DNA of 64,000 nt, taken from positions 139,750,001 through 139,814,000 of the forward strand of contig NC_086097.1 in NCBI RefSeq assembly GCF_963921235.1, given 5' to 3'. The notes under the pieces were generated by a model that was not told the origin of the DNA, searched no databases, and saw nothing but the letters and a program-made list of their open reading frames with translations. The stretch comes from Mobula hypostoma. Taxonomy: Eukaryota. How positions within the stretch are numbered: position 1 is the first letter of the stretch; every line of letters begins with the position of its first letter. Both the position numbers and the translations under genes were made by a program. This document shows positions 63,069 to 64,000 of the stretch, piece by piece.

Positions 63069-64000
63069 ACAGTTAAAGAGCTGTTGTTACAGGCTAAAAG
63101 TCCTTCGCCTGTGTCCTGTGTAATAGGTCCGAGCACTCTTTTGTCCTCAGTAAAGGGCAGGCGGCTGGAAATTCTGGACAAGTCAGGGGCCTTCATTTCA
63201 TGGTCCCTCATTGCTGTCTTCTTACAAAACCCAGCGCCTCCTGAATCCTGTCAAACTCAGCGAGCCACCTGGATTAAATTGCTGTTAGCCTGTGCAGGGA
63301 GTAATGACTGGCCAATGTGATTAGAGAGCCACACCAAACTGTACACAGCAATTAGATCGGCTCCTATATAAAAGCTCTGTTATCCCCTTTGGGTTATTCA
63401 GAGCTGGCTGTATTTTAAAACTAATAAAATCACATCTACACAACTTTGCTACTTACATACATTAGGGCTGTCACAAAGTAAATTGTATCTGTGCGGAAAT
63501 CTAATTGTGTTGATGTATCTGTAGAAGAGGCAGCAGAGGACCTTGCAGCCGCTCCTGTGACAGGCGGTTCAGTGTGGTTCAAGCCCATGAGGTTTACTCT
63601 ATGCCTTGCCGAGTCGGCTGTGACTTATCAAGGGGCTGGGTTTGCGAGACACGTGGCTCTTCAAGATGTTGTTTGTCAAACATGGAATGGCTGCAGCGAT
63701 GGTGAAAGCCATACTACCCGTCGCCTCAGTCCTGACTCTAAGCAAGTGCAGCTTGTTGCAGTGCGTGCAAGGATGGTGACGGTCAGGAAGAGTGAGAATC
63801 TTGCCTGCAGTGCCGTCACAGGCAACAACACAGATAAAACGCTAAAGAACTCTGCAGGCCAGGCAACACCTATGGAGGGAAATGGACAGTCGATGTTTTG
63901 GGTCACGACCCTTATAGTTCTTGGACTCCATGGCCCCCTCCCCCCCCCCAGCCACCCCAGGTCACCAGGGTCAGAGGTGCATGTGAGTCCAGAAATTGAA

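Overview
Vertebrate genomic DNA, most likely a cartilaginous fish (inferred from its SINE/CR1/Rex-Babar/Penelope repeat content). The only intact host gene is TBX20 on the minus strand: coding exons 1-7 lie at 11345 down to 1860, all with GT-AG junctions and consistent phases (979 coding nt). The last coding exon was not found and presumably lies left of the window. The ~52 kb upstream is a gene-free regulatory desert with CpG-rich, GATA/homeobox-motif-rich unique islands among heavily nested retroelements and several minisatellites. Most notable: (1) a Gypsy-type LTR element (54828-57932) whose RT/RNaseH/integrase core is replaced by an intronless, decayed fragment of the host splicing factor RBM25; (2) Penelope-derived palindromic inserts carrying minimal hammerhead-ribozyme motifs, with clean 10- and 14-bp target-site duplications; (3) a ~170-nt hairpin in TBX20 intron 6; (4) TBX20 exon 4 sandwiched between two unrelated VNTRs and encoding an unusual HPDCP instead of HPDSP. 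Repeat boundaries and family names are by-eye estimates.
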